Shown here: positions 54,406 to 64,000 of the stretch, piece after piece
Position numbering within the stretch: position 1 is the stretch's first letter
Layout: the number at the start of each line of letters is the position of its first letter
Assembly (NCBI GenBank): GCA_965200245.1
Contig: CBDATS010000008.1
Span: 256,001 to 320,000 of the forward strand
Origin: a bacterium
GTDB lineage: Bacteria > UBA8248
Direction: 5' to 3'
Length of the DNA stretch: 64,000 bases
Program-made: the position numbers and the translations under genes
Notes under the pieces: model-generated
Databases searched by the model: none
Seen by the model: the letters and a program-made list of their open reading frames with translations, nothing else
Told to the model about the DNA's origin: nothing

Positions 54406-55270
54406 GGTTATCCTCCGTTGATTTGGCGACTGAAAGGTGGTGTTTTCTGAAAAAATCGTGAGCGATGGCGAGCACGGCCTCGGGCCTGTCGAGTTGTACA
54501 TAGCGGCCCGCCCCCTCGATGAGAACAGATCTGCAACGTCGAATCCTCGCCGAGAGGATTTGGGCGTCCTCGTGGAATTCGGGGTCTTCCTCACCTGTGA
54601 TTGCGAGCACGGCGCAGGAAACTTTGCAGAGGCGTTCCGTGAGGTCGGGCGCGAGAAGTTCGGCGTATCCCGCAGAAGAGTATCCTGAAGCGTCGTTTCG
54701 CAAGAACAGGCGGTGATGCTCCGCACGTTCCATAGGGGTCATGCCTCGGGGTTCCCTGCCTTCGCTTTTTCTGTTGCGATAGGCTTCCTGCATGTCTCCC
54801 GCCTCGACTAGGTGGATACGCTCGGCTACTCCTCTGCGCACGCTCTTGGCGGCGGGCGCGGCTCCAGTCGAAATGAGGATGAGAGCGCCGGGCAGGTGGG
54901 GCTGCTCGACGGCGAGCATGAGCGCCGCCTTGGCACCCAGGCCGTGTCCGATCAGAACAGGCCGGCTCAACTCAAGGCGCGCGACGAGGGCGCCTATGTC
55001 GCCTGCCATCTCGGTGAGCGTGTATTTTCCCGGTGGACTCGAGGAACGCCCGTGTCCCCTTGGTTCCATGACGATAACGCGGTGCATACTCGAGAGCGTG
55101 GGTACAATCTTGCGCCATACCCAGGACGTATCGCCCAGACCCGGAACGCAGAGGACGGGGGTTCCCTCACCCGATGATTCATAGCAGATGATGACGGGAT
55201 CGTTCGCGCCGGCGCGGCTCAGGTTCAAATACCTTGAAGTGCGCGAAGATTCGCCTGCGACCCGAACCAT
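54389..55270 (-). CDS. Alpha/beta hydrolase-fold protein (nucleophile GHGLG; may be non-catalytic)
   Basis: PRGHG, GHGLG in place of GxSxG, GEED, and GAGRY in place of GAGH. Confidence 0.75.
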   Translation of the reverse strand: MVRVAGESSRTSRYLNLSRAGANDPVIICYESSGEGTPVLCVPGLGDTSWVWRKIVPTLSSMHRVIVMEPRGHGRSSSPPGKYTLTEMAGDIGALVARLELSRPVLIGHGLGAKAALMLAVEQPHLPGALILISTGAAPAAKSVRRGVAERIHLVEAGDMQEAYRNRKSEGREPRGMTPMERAEHHRLFLRNDASGYSSAGYAELLAPDLTERLCKVSCAVLAITGEEDPEFHEDAQILSARIRRCRSVLIEGAGRYVQLDRPEAVLAIAHDFFRKHHLSVAKSTEDNHEPID

Positions 55271-55272
55271 AC

Positions 55273-56028
55273 CTAGAGTGAAGCCAGGTCTTCGATCAGC
55301 CCGCGCAGACGCGCGGATACGGCTTCGAAATACTGTGCCCCGGTTTCCGCCGTCGCGGCACTCGGAGTACCCGATACGCCCGATGGTGCGCGGTGCCTGT
55401 TGAAATCCACCGGGCGGAAAAGCATGCCACGGTGGTGCATATCCTTTGTTGCCAAAGGATGCGTGTTCGTGTTGGGTTGATCGACTACCTCTTCCATGTT
55501 CACCAGATCGGGGCGAAGGTGGAGCATCATTGCGGTTTCGAACTCACCGCTGTGGGCCATACCTCCTACGGGCGTTTTTCTGATCTCCGCAGAGATTTCG
55601 TTGCCAAGATGGAAGTAGGTGATCATCCAGATGGTGAGCTCCAGTTCGTAGCCGATGTCGTTCAGCGTGGCTTGTAACGGCTGTACGTTTCCGCCATGGC
55701 CGTTCACGACGAATATTTTCTTGTATCCGTGATGGGCCACGGAGCGGATGATGTCCTTGATGAGGGCGACATAGGTCTCAAGTCTCAAGGAGATGGTTCC
55801 CGGATACTCGAAGTGATGGTGCGACGTACCCGTCCACATCGTAGGTGTCAGGAGTACGTTATCGAGGCCCTCCAAGGCCTTTCGGCAAACACTGGTACAC
55901 AGAAGCGTATCCACCACGACGGGGTTGTGTGGCCCATGCTGTTCCATCGAGGCGAAGGGAATAACGACCACGGCTCCGTTTTGGACCATTTCCTTGTGTT
56001 GCGGCCAACTGAGTTCTTCCCAAAGCAT
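55273..56028 (-). CDS. Creatininase-family protein
   Basis: Motifs SMEQHGPH.P..VD, S.HH..YPGT, NGHGGN and HSGEFET. Confidence 0.92.
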   Translation of the reverse strand: MLWEELSWPQHKEMVQNGAVVVIPFASMEQHGPHNPVVVDTLLCTSVCRKALEGLDNVLLTPTMWTGTSHHHFEYPGTISLRLETYVALIKDIIRSVAHHGYKKIFVVNGHGGNVQPLQATLNDIGYELELTIWMITYFHLGNEISAEIRKTPVGGMAHSGEFETAMMLHLRPDLVNMEEVVDQPNTNTHPLATKDMHHRGMLFRPVDFNRHRAPSGVSGTPSAATAETGAQYFEAVSARLRGLIEDLASL

Positions 56029-56171
56029 AGGGGCATCCTTCAATTTAGTGTGAGTAAGACCTCAAGGTTCTCAGGTTTTTTCATATCCGGCAAGAGCCGC
56101 GCCTCTCCGTGGCATACCTGGGGCGAGTTTCCCGATTGACAACTCCAGGCGCTGCCGCCATGCTCCCCTGT

Positions 56172-57179
56172 ATGAAATTCTCTACCGAGATTACACGCCT
56201 CCTGAACATCGAACATCCGATCCTGCTCGCCCCGATGGGCGGTGTTGCGGGCGGCGCGTTGGCCGGCGCGGTTTCCGCCGCAGGTGGTCTGGGACTCATC
56301 GGCGCGGGTTATGCCGACCCTGCGTTCGGCTACGGCTCGGATGAGTGGATTCTAGGGGAGTTCAAAAAGGCGGGTGCCCGCGCGGTCGGCATCGGCTTCA
56401 TCACCTGGGCACTGGAGAAAAGAGCCAGCGCACTTGACGTCGCGCTTGAATGTGGGCCTCGGGCCGTCATGCTTTCATTCGGCGACATCTCGCCATACGC
56501 CGAGAAAATACTGGCTACCGATGCGACGCTGATCTGCCAGATACAGACCCTGGAAGACGCCAGGGAAGCGGCAGCGAGGGGCGCCGAGATCGTCGTCGCG
56601 CAAGGGACAGAAGCCGGCGGACACGGGGCTGATCGCTCCACGTTGCCTCTCGTTCCGGCGGTCGCCGACGCGATAGCGCCAATACCGGTCGCAGCCGCAG
56701 GCGGCATCGCAGATGGACGCGGACTCGCTGCCGCCCTGATGCTGGGCGCCCAGGCAGTCCTGATTGGCACCCGTTTTTGGGCCACGCGCGAAGCGCTGGG
56801 CCATCCGAACCAAAAAACGCTAATCGAGCGAACCAGCGGCGGCCATACGCTGCGCACCAAGGTCTTCGACACGGCCCGGGGCATCGCTTGGCCGGAATCC
56901 TTCACGGGGCGGGCCATCCACAACGCCTTCGCCGAAACCTGGCACGATCGCGACGACGAACTGAGGGAGCAGGGTGCTTCTACGCGCGAGCATTTCTTCG
57001 AGGCTCAGCGCGTGGGGGATACGAAGGTGGCGGTTACTTTCGCCGGCGAAGGTTTGGACCTCATCGCCGACCGTCCGGGTGCAGGCGAGATCGTCGACAG
57101 GATTGCAGTAGAAGCGGTCGACACGCTCAACAAGGCGCAGATTCGCTATCTCGGCCACGACTCGGTGGAGAGCGGGTAA
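56172..57179 (+). CDS. Nitronate monooxygenase (2-nitropropane dioxygenase) family flavoprotein
   Basis: Motifs HPI..APM, QG.EAGGH, AAGGIADGRG and GTRF. Confidence 0.92.
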   Translation: MKFSTEITRLLNIEHPILLAPMGGVAGGALAGAVSAAGGLGLIGAGYADPAFGYGSDEWILGEFKKAGARAVGIGFITWALEKRASALDVALECGPRAVMLSFGDISPYAEKILATDATLICQIQTLEDAREAAARGAEIVVAQGTEAGGHGADRSTLPLVPAVADAIAPIPVAAAGGIADGRGLAAALMLGAQAVLIGTRFWATREALGHPNQKTLIERTSGGHTLRTKVFDTARGIAWPESFTGRAIHNAFAETWHDRDDELREQGASTREHFFEAQRVGDTKVAVTFAGEGLDLIADRPGAGEIVDRIAVEAVDTLNKAQIRYLGHDSVESG

Positions 57180-57288
57180 CCGCAAACAGTGCTTGGTTCA
57201 ACTCCGCTACCGGTCGCTTTTCGGCTTGTCAGAATCTACAATTCGTGGTCTTTTAAGGGCCGCAAGAAATACCGGTGGAGAAAGACAG

Positions 57289-57789
57289 ATGTATTCGAAC
57301 GATTCGGTGAGAGAAGACGAGCGCTGGATGGCCGAGGCGCTGGCACTGGCCGCACAGGCAGAAAAAGCGGGTGACGTGCCCGTGGGAGCGCTGGTTGTGC
57401 GCGATGGCCGGGTGCTTGGCCGAGGCTTCAACAGGCGAGAAGCCGCCTGCGACCCCACTGCACACGCCGAAGTCTTGGCGTTGAGAGAAGCAGCTCAGAC
57501 CGACGGCATTTGGCGGCTTGATGGTGCAACCCTGTACGTCACGCTCGAGCCGTGCCCCATGTGCGCGGGTGCCATTGTGAACTCGCGGATCGCACGGCTC
57601 GTCTTCGGGGCCACAGACCCCAAGGGAGGGGCCTGCGGTTCTTTGTTCGACATTCCCTCGGATCCGCGCGTGAACCACCGCGTGTCTATCACATCGGGTG
57701 TCATGGCCGAGGATAGCGCTGTGATGCTGCGTGCCTTTTTCGAGGAGCGCCGACGTGTCGCCCGTGAGGCGAGGCAGGCTGCGCGGTGA
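57289..57789 (+). CDS. tadA: tRNA-specific adenosine deaminase
   Basis: Motifs VPVGA, DPTAHAE, TLEPCPMC and DPKGG. Confidence 0.93.
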   Translation: MYSNDSVREDERWMAEALALAAQAEKAGDVPVGALVVRDGRVLGRGFNRREAACDPTAHAEVLALREAAQTDGIWRLDGATLYVTLEPCPMCAGAIVNSRIARLVFGATDPKGGACGSLFDIPSDPRVNHRVSITSGVMAEDSAVMLRAFFEERRRVAREARQAAR

Positions 57790-57804
57790 AGAAATGAACT
57801 TTGC

Positions 57805-57896
57805 GGAGAGGTGGCCGAGTCCGGTTTAAGGCGGCAGACTCGAAATCTGTTGTGCAGGTAACTGCACCGGGGGTTCAAATCCCTCCCTCTCCGCCA
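57805..57896 (+). tRNA. tRNA-Ser (CGA)
   Basis: GGAGAGGTGGCCGAG...GCAGA-CT-CGA-AA-TCTGT, long variable arm, GGTTCAAATCC and 3' GCCA. Confidence 0.95.
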
Positions 57897-58121
57897 TTCG
57901 CTGTGTTGGGTCACTTGCCTCGATCGTAAAATCATGGAAGTTGATTCAAACTATTTTTGATATTTGCTTCCTGAATGGCGTGGATGATTTCCTTGGTGTA
58001 ACTTGAAATCAAAACAAAAGCGGATTCATTGTAACTCCTGCGCAACCTGACGGGTTCGTGCAGGAGTGTGACATAAAAAGCCTCCTGGCTTCAAGAATCA
58101 GGTTGTCTGAACAAAGGGCGA

Positions 58122-59612
58122 TCAGGTGGAACCCGTCTTTTTGAAAAGAGAAGTCCTCTTCAGGAAAACACTTGTCAGGTAGAGAAGCGCCAAGAGAAGA
58201 AACACGAGGCTTATCGGCTTGCGAAAGAAAATGCCCGGATCGCCGTCCGAGAGGATGAGCGACATTCTCGCGTTTTTCTCGAATACCGGCCCCAGGATGA
58301 TCGCCAGCAATAGGGGCATGATGGGATAGTCGAACTTTTGCATGAGGTAGCCGAGCATCCCGAAGCCGATCATCAGGAAAACGTCGAAAAAGCTGTTTTG
58401 GAGCGCGAATGCCCCGATGACGCAGAACACCGCGATGCTCGGAAAAAGAAGCCCCGGCGGCACGCGCAAGACCTGGACAAACAGGCGTATGCCCAACAAT
58501 GCGATGACGATGGTCAAGAAAAGTGCGACGAAGAATGACCCGAAAATCGAGAACACGAAACCGCCGTGGCTTTCGAATAGCAGAGGCCCCGGCGCGAGTC
58601 CCTGAATGGTGAGTGCGCCGAGCATCACGGCGGTCACGGGGTCGCCGGGGATTCCAAGCGTGAGCATCGGTATCATCGCGCCGCCGGTCATGGCGCTGTT
58701 GGCAGCTTCGGGCGCGGACACGCCCTCCAGTTTCCCTTTCCCGAATGATTCGGGCTCGGTCGAGCGGCGTTGCGCCGTATTGTAGCTCAAAACGGCTGCG
58801 ACGGCGCTCCCCGTACCCGGTAGCAGGCCGATCGTTGTTCCGATGAAGGAGGATTGCACGAGCGTTCTCCAAAGACCGGCCAGAGTTTTCAACGAAGGAA
58901 GCAGGTCTCGCAGGCGTGTAGAAAAATCAGGCAGCGAGACGGCCGAGCCGCGCATGCCGGAGATGATCTCGGGCACCGCGAAAAGCCCAATCATCACCGG
59001 CAGGAAAGAGACCCCTTGCTGGATTTGCACAACGGAAAACGTGAAGCGCGGTATCGAATCGATGGGGTCCATGCCGACGGTGGAAAAACTCAAACCCAGC
59101 ACGCCCGAGATGAGTGCTTTGCTCATCGAGGTTTGCGCGAATCCGCAGATGAGACAAAGTCCCAGCAAGACCAGCGACGCCAACTCGGGCGCGCCGAATT
59201 TCAGGGCGAAATCCGCCAATTGGGGCGCGATGGTCACCAGGCAGACCAGGCTGAACAGTCCGCCCAGAAAACTTGAGAAAAAGGCTACACCCAGCGCGAC
59301 ACCGGCCCGGCCCTTGCGAGCAAGCGGGTGTCCGTCCAGGCTCGTGACGATGGCGGCGGGATTGCCGGGGATGTTGAGGAGGATGGCTGAGATACTGCCC
59401 CCCGTCATCCCGCCGACGAAAACGCCTACCAGAAGGCTCATCGACGTGACGCTCGCCATATGGAAGGTGAACGGCAACAAAAGGATGATGCCCATGCTCA
59501 CCGTGAGTCCCGGAATGGCCGCGAAAACGATGCCCATAAAACTGCCCAGGATGGCAAACAGAAAGGGCTTCCACGCCAGGGCCTGGACGAGGCCTTCCAC
59601 CAGGAGGCTCAT
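58122..59612 (-). CDS. tctA: Tripartite tricarboxylate transporter, large permease
   Basis: Motifs IPGL, GGSISAIL.NIPG, DG.PLA, PEAAN and LTLGIPG. Confidence 0.93.
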   Translation of the reverse strand: MSLLVEGLVQALAWKPFLFAILGSFMGIVFAAIPGLTVSMGIILLLPFTFHMASVTSMSLLVGVFVGGMTGGSISAILLNIPGNPAAIVTSLDGHPLARKGRAGVALGVAFFSSFLGGLFSLVCLVTIAPQLADFALKFGAPELASLVLLGLCLICGFAQTSMSKALISGVLGLSFSTVGMDPIDSIPRFTFSVVQIQQGVSFLPVMIGLFAVPEIISGMRGSAVSLPDFSTRLRDLLPSLKTLAGLWRTLVQSSFIGTTIGLLPGTGSAVAAVLSYNTAQRRSTEPESFGKGKLEGVSAPEAANSAMTGGAMIPMLTLGIPGDPVTAVMLGALTIQGLAPGPLLFESHGGFVFSIFGSFFVALFLTIVIALLGIRLFVQVLRVPPGLLFPSIAVFCVIGAFALQNSFFDVFLMIGFGMLGYLMQKFDYPIMPLLLAIILGPVFEKNARMSLILSDGDPGIFFRKPISLVFLLLALLYLTSVFLKRTSLFKKTGST

Positions 59613-59614
59613 CT

Positions 59615-60103
59615 CTAGAAGAGCCAGTCCTGCGGCAGGGGCACCTTCAGCAAATGGTGAAATACGTAGTTCACCGCCAAGGCGAAAACGACGACATAGG
59701 GGAGTGTGATTTTCCAGGAACGGATACCGCTCCACCGTATGGAGACGAAGAGAAACACGGCGACCGCGGCGCTAAAACCGATGTATTGCATCAAGAGCGC
59801 CAGGCCCGCCAGGAGGAGACAGAGGATCAAGGCGTCGAGAACACCTTTTCGCTCGATAACAACGATGTGCTCGCTCTTTCGGGATACGCAGAGAAGGTCC
59901 ACCCCCAGATCGACCAGTGTCAGGACGATGAGCAACGAAGCCCAGAGCCAAGGAATAAAAGAAGGCCCCAAGGGACCTTCTTCCCCCGGTCCCTGGGGCA
60001 ACTCCAGAATGATCGAACCATACCAGACGTAAAAAACCACCAAAAGGATCGGGACGAGGAGGCGTTCAACGCGCAACCTGATTTTTTTGTTCTCCCCCGT
60101 CAT
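59615..60103 (-). CDS. tctB: Tripartite tricarboxylate transporter, small permease
   Basis: Four TM segments, GP..IP and F...L.VPLP; lies between tctA and tctC. Confidence 0.85.
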   Translation of the reverse strand: MTGENKKIRLRVERLLVPILLVVFYVWYGSIILELPQGPGEEGPLGPSFIPWLWASLLIVLTLVDLGVDLLCVSRKSEHIVVIERKGVLDALILCLLLAGLALLMQYIGFSAAVAVFLFVSIRWSGIRSWKITLPYVVVFALAVNYVFHHLLKVPLPQDWLF

Positions 60104-60157
60104 GAACACCGAATCCCTTGCCCTCGCGACATTTCTGCCTCGGCGCGATTCAGAAGT

Positions 60158-61120
60158 CTACTTCTTCTTTTTCTTCTTCTTGTCCAGACCCAGCGAAACG
60201 ACGATCTCCTTGATCAGGGCATTTTGTTTGGCCACAAAGGCCGGGAATTTGTCCGGTCCCATGTAGGAGACCAGGAAACCTCGCTTCTCGGCGGTGGCCA
60301 GGACTTTCGGATCCTTTGCAGCAGCAGAGAATGCCTGGTGAAGTTTTTGAACCGCCTCTTTGGGCGTTCCCTTGGGAACGTGCAGTCCACGGAACTGATA
60401 GAAGCCGACGTCCCACCCATGCTCGCTGAACAGGGGAACCTTGGGATATGCCGGATGGCGTTTCGGGAACGAAACGGCCAGCATGCGTACCTTGCCCGCT
60501 TTGTGCAGGGCCAGCACCTCAGGCGGATGGACGGAAATCGCGTCGACCTCGCCTCCAAGCAGGCTGGGCACACGGCGCTTGCCCAGGGGAACATGACGGA
60601 ACTTGAAGCCTGCCTTTTTGGCCAGTGCCGAAGCCGTAAGCCGTGTGAAACTGCCCGAACCAGCGCTTCCGATCTTGAGCGTCTTCGATTTGGCCGCCTT
60701 CACGAGGTCGGGAAGCGTCTTGAAAGGAGAATCTCCCCGCACGACGATGGCGGTTGCCTCGAACACCACGCGGGAAACGTAGTCCCAGGCGCGGTAGTCA
60801 TACGGCAGGCGCCCCATGTTCGTGCCGGTCAGGATCGAGGCCGAAAGCCAGCCGATCTTGTACCCGTCGGCAGGTGCGGTCTTGATGTACGCGAAGCCGA
60901 TCGTGCCACCGGCTCCCGGACGGTTCACGGCGACGATGGGCTGCCCGAATACTTTTTCGGCCGCTTTCGCCACGGTGCGGCCGGAGATGTCCGCAGCGCC
61001 TCCGGCCTTGAAGGTGATGGTCATCTCTACGGGTTTCGTCGGGTAGGCGGCCGAGGCGGGCGCAACCGAAAACCCCGCGACGGCGAAGGCGAGTGCGAAT
61101 ACCAGCAAAAACTTCTTCAT
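60158..61120 (-). CDS. tctC: Tripartite tricarboxylate transporter substrate-binding protein (Bug/TctC)
   Basis: Motifs YPTKPV, AGG..D...R, NRPGAGG.IG and ADGY. Confidence 0.92.
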   Translation of the reverse strand: MKKFLLVFALAFAVAGFSVAPASAAYPTKPVEMTITFKAGGAADISGRTVAKAAEKVFGQPIVAVNRPGAGGTIGFAYIKTAPADGYKIGWLSASILTGTNMGRLPYDYRAWDYVSRVVFEATAIVVRGDSPFKTLPDLVKAAKSKTLKIGSAGSGSFTRLTASALAKKAGFKFRHVPLGKRRVPSLLGGEVDAISVHPPEVLALHKAGKVRMLAVSFPKRHPAYPKVPLFSEHGWDVGFYQFRGLHVPKGTPKEAVQKLHQAFSAAAKDPKVLATAEKRGFLVSYMGPDKFPAFVAKQNALIKEIVVSLGLDKKKKKKK

Positions 61121-61162
61121 GGGGAATCCTCCTTGAAATACGTCGGAACTAACGAAATCAGC

Positions 61163-62671
61163 TTAATCACGATTCCAGGAATGCCACCGCGAAAGTCCGA
61201 TGCAGACGCTTTTCACCTGCGTGTATTCGCGCAGCGCCTCCTCGCCATGCTCCCTGCCGATGCCGCTTTTCTTGACGCCGCCGAAGGGGATCTCGGAACC
61301 GTAGCGGTAGGTGTTGATGAACACGTTTCCACAGTCGAGTTCCGCAGCGAGTCGATGCGCCCGTCGCAGGTCACTCGTCCAGATGTAGCTCGCCAGACCG
61401 AATTCCGTGGCGTTCGCATCCCGGACTGCATCATCCAGGGAATCGAATTCGTGCACAGTAAGAACGGGGCCGAAAATCTCCTCGCACGCCGCCCGCATAC
61501 CCTGATTCACGCCTGTGAGCACCGTGGGCTGTATGAAGTTTCCGCCCGGCTCTCCCTCGGCTGCAGGACGACCACCACCACAGGCGACGCACGCCCCGTC
61601 ACTGAGCGCCGATTCGACATAGCCGACTACGTGGGCGAGATGATCGCGGGATATAAGCGGCCCCATGTCGGTCTCTGCATCCATCGCGTCGCCAACGCGA
61701 ATTCTCTTGACGCGTTCGACAATTTTCTCGACGAACACATCATGAATACCGCTCGGCAGAAACAGGCGGGTTCCGGCGAAACAGACTTCACCCTGGCGGG
61801 CAAACACCTGGCTCAGCACACCGTCTGCGGCTTCTTCCAAATCGGCGTCCTCGCAAACGATGATGGGCCCCTTGCCGCCAAGCTCCGCCAGCACCGGGGT
61901 CACGTTCTGCGCAGCGAGTCCCAGGACTTCCAAGCCGCCCTCGGTGCCGCCCGTAAAGACGATCTTTCTGATATCAGGATGGCCTACGATCTTGGCGCCT
62001 GTCGAGCGCCCCGAACCCGCAACGATGTTGATCACCCCTGGCGGGAACCCGGCGTCTTCCACCAGTTTTCCGAAATAAAGCACCGAGGCCAGAGCGACGG
62101 CGGAGGGCTTGATGATCACGGTGTTGCCGCAGGCCAGAGCAGCGGCCAGCCCCCGTGACATGAGTTTGAGCGGGGTGTTCCAGGGAACGATGATGGCCAC
62201 GACACCCAAAGGTTCCCGTATCGAATACATGAGGCGATCGTTCATCAATGGCTGCGCGCCGCCTTCCAGCTTGCCGGCCCAACCGGCGAAATACTCGAAA
62301 TGGCGCGCGGAAGAGGCGGATTCCAGGCGGCTTTCCCGAATGGGGATACCCGTGTTTATCGCTTCCAGCCTCGCGAGTGTTTCCGATTGTTCGCGCATCA
62401 GCGCCGCGAGTTTCATGATGAGTTTCCCGCGCTCAAGTGCGGGCATCTTCTTCCAGGACGCATCGTGATACGCCCGCCAGCAGGAGGCGACAGCCTCATC
62501 AACCTGCGCATCCGAGGCGGGGAACAACTGGAATATCGTCTCGTTGTTTGAGGGGTTGAGCACGTCTATCGGCTCGCCACGCTCGCCTTTGACCCAGACG
62601 CCGTCGATTAATTGTTGTTCCACTTCCTGGGTGAGTGGAAACTCGGTCACTTTCACCAGACTACCTGACAT
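61163..62671 (-). CDS. NAD(P)-dependent aldehyde dehydrogenase
   Basis: Motifs PWN, FTGG, ELGGK, QGEVC (catalytic Cys), EEIFGP and PFGG.K.SG. Confidence 0.95.
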   Translation of the reverse strand: MSGSLVKVTEFPLTQEVEQQLIDGVWVKGERGEPIDVLNPSNNETIFQLFPASDAQVDEAVASCWRAYHDASWKKMPALERGKLIMKLAALMREQSETLARLEAINTGIPIRESRLESASSARHFEYFAGWAGKLEGGAQPLMNDRLMYSIREPLGVVAIIVPWNTPLKLMSRGLAAALACGNTVIIKPSAVALASVLYFGKLVEDAGFPPGVINIVAGSGRSTGAKIVGHPDIRKIVFTGGTEGGLEVLGLAAQNVTPVLAELGGKGPIIVCEDADLEEAADGVLSQVFARQGEVCFAGTRLFLPSGIHDVFVEKIVERVKRIRVGDAMDAETDMGPLISRDHLAHVVGYVESALSDGACVACGGGRPAAEGEPGGNFIQPTVLTGVNQGMRAACEEIFGPVLTVHEFDSLDDAVRDANATEFGLASYIWTSDLRRAHRLAAELDCGNVFINTYRYGSEIPFGGVKKSGIGREHGEEALREYTQVKSVCIGLSRWHSWNRD

Positions 62672-62722
62672 CAAAACTCCTTTGGGTTAACGAAAATATC
62701 GGTCAGACACCTGCGCCCGGAC

Positions 62723-63412
62723 CTATAGTTTCTCAGTTTCGGGGCCGGACCAATCCTCATCGCTCAGCACGTCTTTGTGCACCACGTTTGCCTCGACGGA
62801 AGCGACGACATCCTTGGCCACCTGCTCATACCAGTCGGCCACGTCTTTCGGGTAGTCCGTGTGGCTGGGCAGATCCTTGATAAGAGGGCCTTCCACGGAG
62901 GGAATGTCGTGTACGCCGTCGAACTCCTGGGAGTAGGTCCGTCCTTTTCGTGCGGCGAATTCCTTGTCGATTGTGGCGTCGAGCTTGAGCCACTTCCCGT
63001 TCAGGTACGCCTCTCCCAGCGAGTGCCATGGCAGCTTGCGGTCGCCCCATATCTTGGCGACTTCTTCGTTCATGAAAGGTTTGTCCGGGCAATGAAGCTG
63101 CTGGAAACCGATGCGCGAGGGAATGCCCGATGCTCGGCAAAGAGCGGCGAACATGCTGGCCTTGCCCATACAAAATGCCTTGCCATTGTTCAGTACGTCG
63201 CTGGCCTGACGCTTCCCCTCGGCGAGATAGCGGAACGAGTCGAGAATGTCGTAGGGAAAATCGCGGACGAAATAATAGATATTGCCGAGTCTTTCCTTAT
63301 CGTCTGCGCAGCCGTCGGTGAGTTCCCGGGCTTTCGATACGATGTCGTGGTTGTTCGAGTCGATAAATTCGGTGGGCTCAAGGTAATCGGCCATGTCCTG
63401 GTGTTCGTTCAT
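62723..63412 (-). CDS. Transglutaminase-like domain protein
   Basis: AFCMGKA..AALCRA.GIP.R, WH...E and W.KLDAT give a Cys-His-Asp triad. Confidence 0.88.
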   Translation of the reverse strand: MNEHQDMADYLEPTEFIDSNNHDIVSKARELTDGCADDKERLGNIYYFVRDFPYDILDSFRYLAEGKRQASDVLNNGKAFCMGKASMFAALCRASGIPSRIGFQQLHCPDKPFMNEEVAKIWGDRKLPWHSLGEAYLNGKWLKLDATIDKEFAARKGRTYSQEFDGVHDIPSVEGPLIKDLPSHTDYPKDVADWYEQVAKDVVASVEANVVHKDVLSDEDWSGPETEKL

Positions 63413-63442
63413 CCGAGAATCTCCCTGCTCAATAGGAGGGCT

Positions 63443-64000
63443 TCAGCCCCCGTTCGACAGACTTCTGACCTCGGGGAGAATCTCCTCTCCCGCGAGGCGA
63501 AGCATATCCATTTCTGCGACATCGGGGATCGTATAGAGAAAATGTCGAACACCCGCGTTGACGTATTCCATCATCCTTTCCACGCATTCCTTCGGTGTAC
63601 CCGCGATTATACCCGTCTGCGGGATAGCGTCAAATCGCCTTTTTTCTGCCTCGATTCGGGCGCGATCATGACTCGGCAGGAGAAGGCACATCAAGGAGCG
63701 CCTGAGTGCTTCGGGGTCGCGCCCCGCCTCCTCGCAGTTGACGTCGATTTCTTCTTTACGTTCGAGATAGCGCTCCGGCGGCCACCAGCGCACGTTGAAG
63801 CCATCCGCATGCTTTGCAGCGACGCGGAGGACTTTCTTCCCCTCCCCGCCGATCCATATCGGTGGCGAGGGTTTCTGAACGGGCGGAGGGTCGCACACCG
63901 CGCCCTTGATCGTGTAATGCTCTCCCTCGAACGTGGGGTTGGGCTCCGTCCAGATTTTGCGGATCAACTGAACGGCTTCCTCCATCTGGGCGATGCGAAT
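63443..64000 (-). CDS. LLM-class flavin-dependent oxidoreductase (5' part outside the window)
   Basis: Motifs F.GEHY, P.PVQKP.PPIWIGG.G, A..ADG.N and GTP..C. Confidence 0.88.
   Translation of the reverse strand: MRIAQMEEAVQLIRKIWTEPNPTFEGEHYTIKGAVCDPPPVQKPSPPIWIGGEGKKVLRVAAKHADGFNVRWWPPERYLERKEEIDVNCEEAGRDPEALRRSLMCLLLPSHDRARIEAEKRRFDAIPQTGIIAGTPKECVERMMEYVNAGVRHFLYTIPDVAEMDMLRLAGEEILPEVRSLSNGG

Noticed and set aside
57805-57896. Long-variable-arm tRNA as tRNA-Sec
   Set aside because: The anticodon is CGA, not TCA, and the acceptor stem is a normal 7 bp, so it is tRNA-Ser.
59654-62158. 834-aa plus-strand ORF
   Set aside because: It is the antisense shadow of tctB, tctC and the ALDH gene, has no recognisable motifs, and is typical of high-GC codon bias.
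57897-64000. Genomic island integrated at tRNA-Ser
   Set aside because: The spacer is AT-rich, but no integrase and no duplicated tRNA 3' end are visible in the window, and downstream genes have host-like codon usage.

Overview
High-GC bacterial chromosome segment from a heterotroph-like lineage; its taxonomy cannot be fixed without a 16S search. It holds a complete rRNA operon (16S, tRNA-Ile, tRNA-Ala, 23S, 5S), tRNA-Ser(CGA), housekeeping genes (ctpA-like protease, gpmI, amtB, hflKC, tadA) and many transport and catabolic genes (Liv-type ABC, sugar ABC, Tct, hydantoinase A/B, two creatininase-family genes, cupins). The main hidden signal is four genes that the ORF track splits at in-frame TGA codons. 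Each TGA sits in a redox-Cys motif and is followed by a SECIS-like hairpin, so these are most likely selenoproteins. They are (1) a UGSC-family protein with a GrdB-like UxxCxxC motif in an operon with an uncharacterised 364-aa protein and a CoA-transferase, (2) an AhpD/CMD-like CxxU protein paired with a Cys-less paralogue behind a class-III aminotransferase, and (3,4) tandem peroxiredoxin-like genes, one UxxC and one with a rare double-Sec UxxU motif. Separately, three ribose/nucleoside-use genes are broken, two by TAG codons that both look like CCAGG->CTAGG transitions. An AT-richer, foreign-looking glycosyltransferase-like gene and a GIY-YIG nuclease remnant are also present. No CRISPR array, integrase or transposase was seen.
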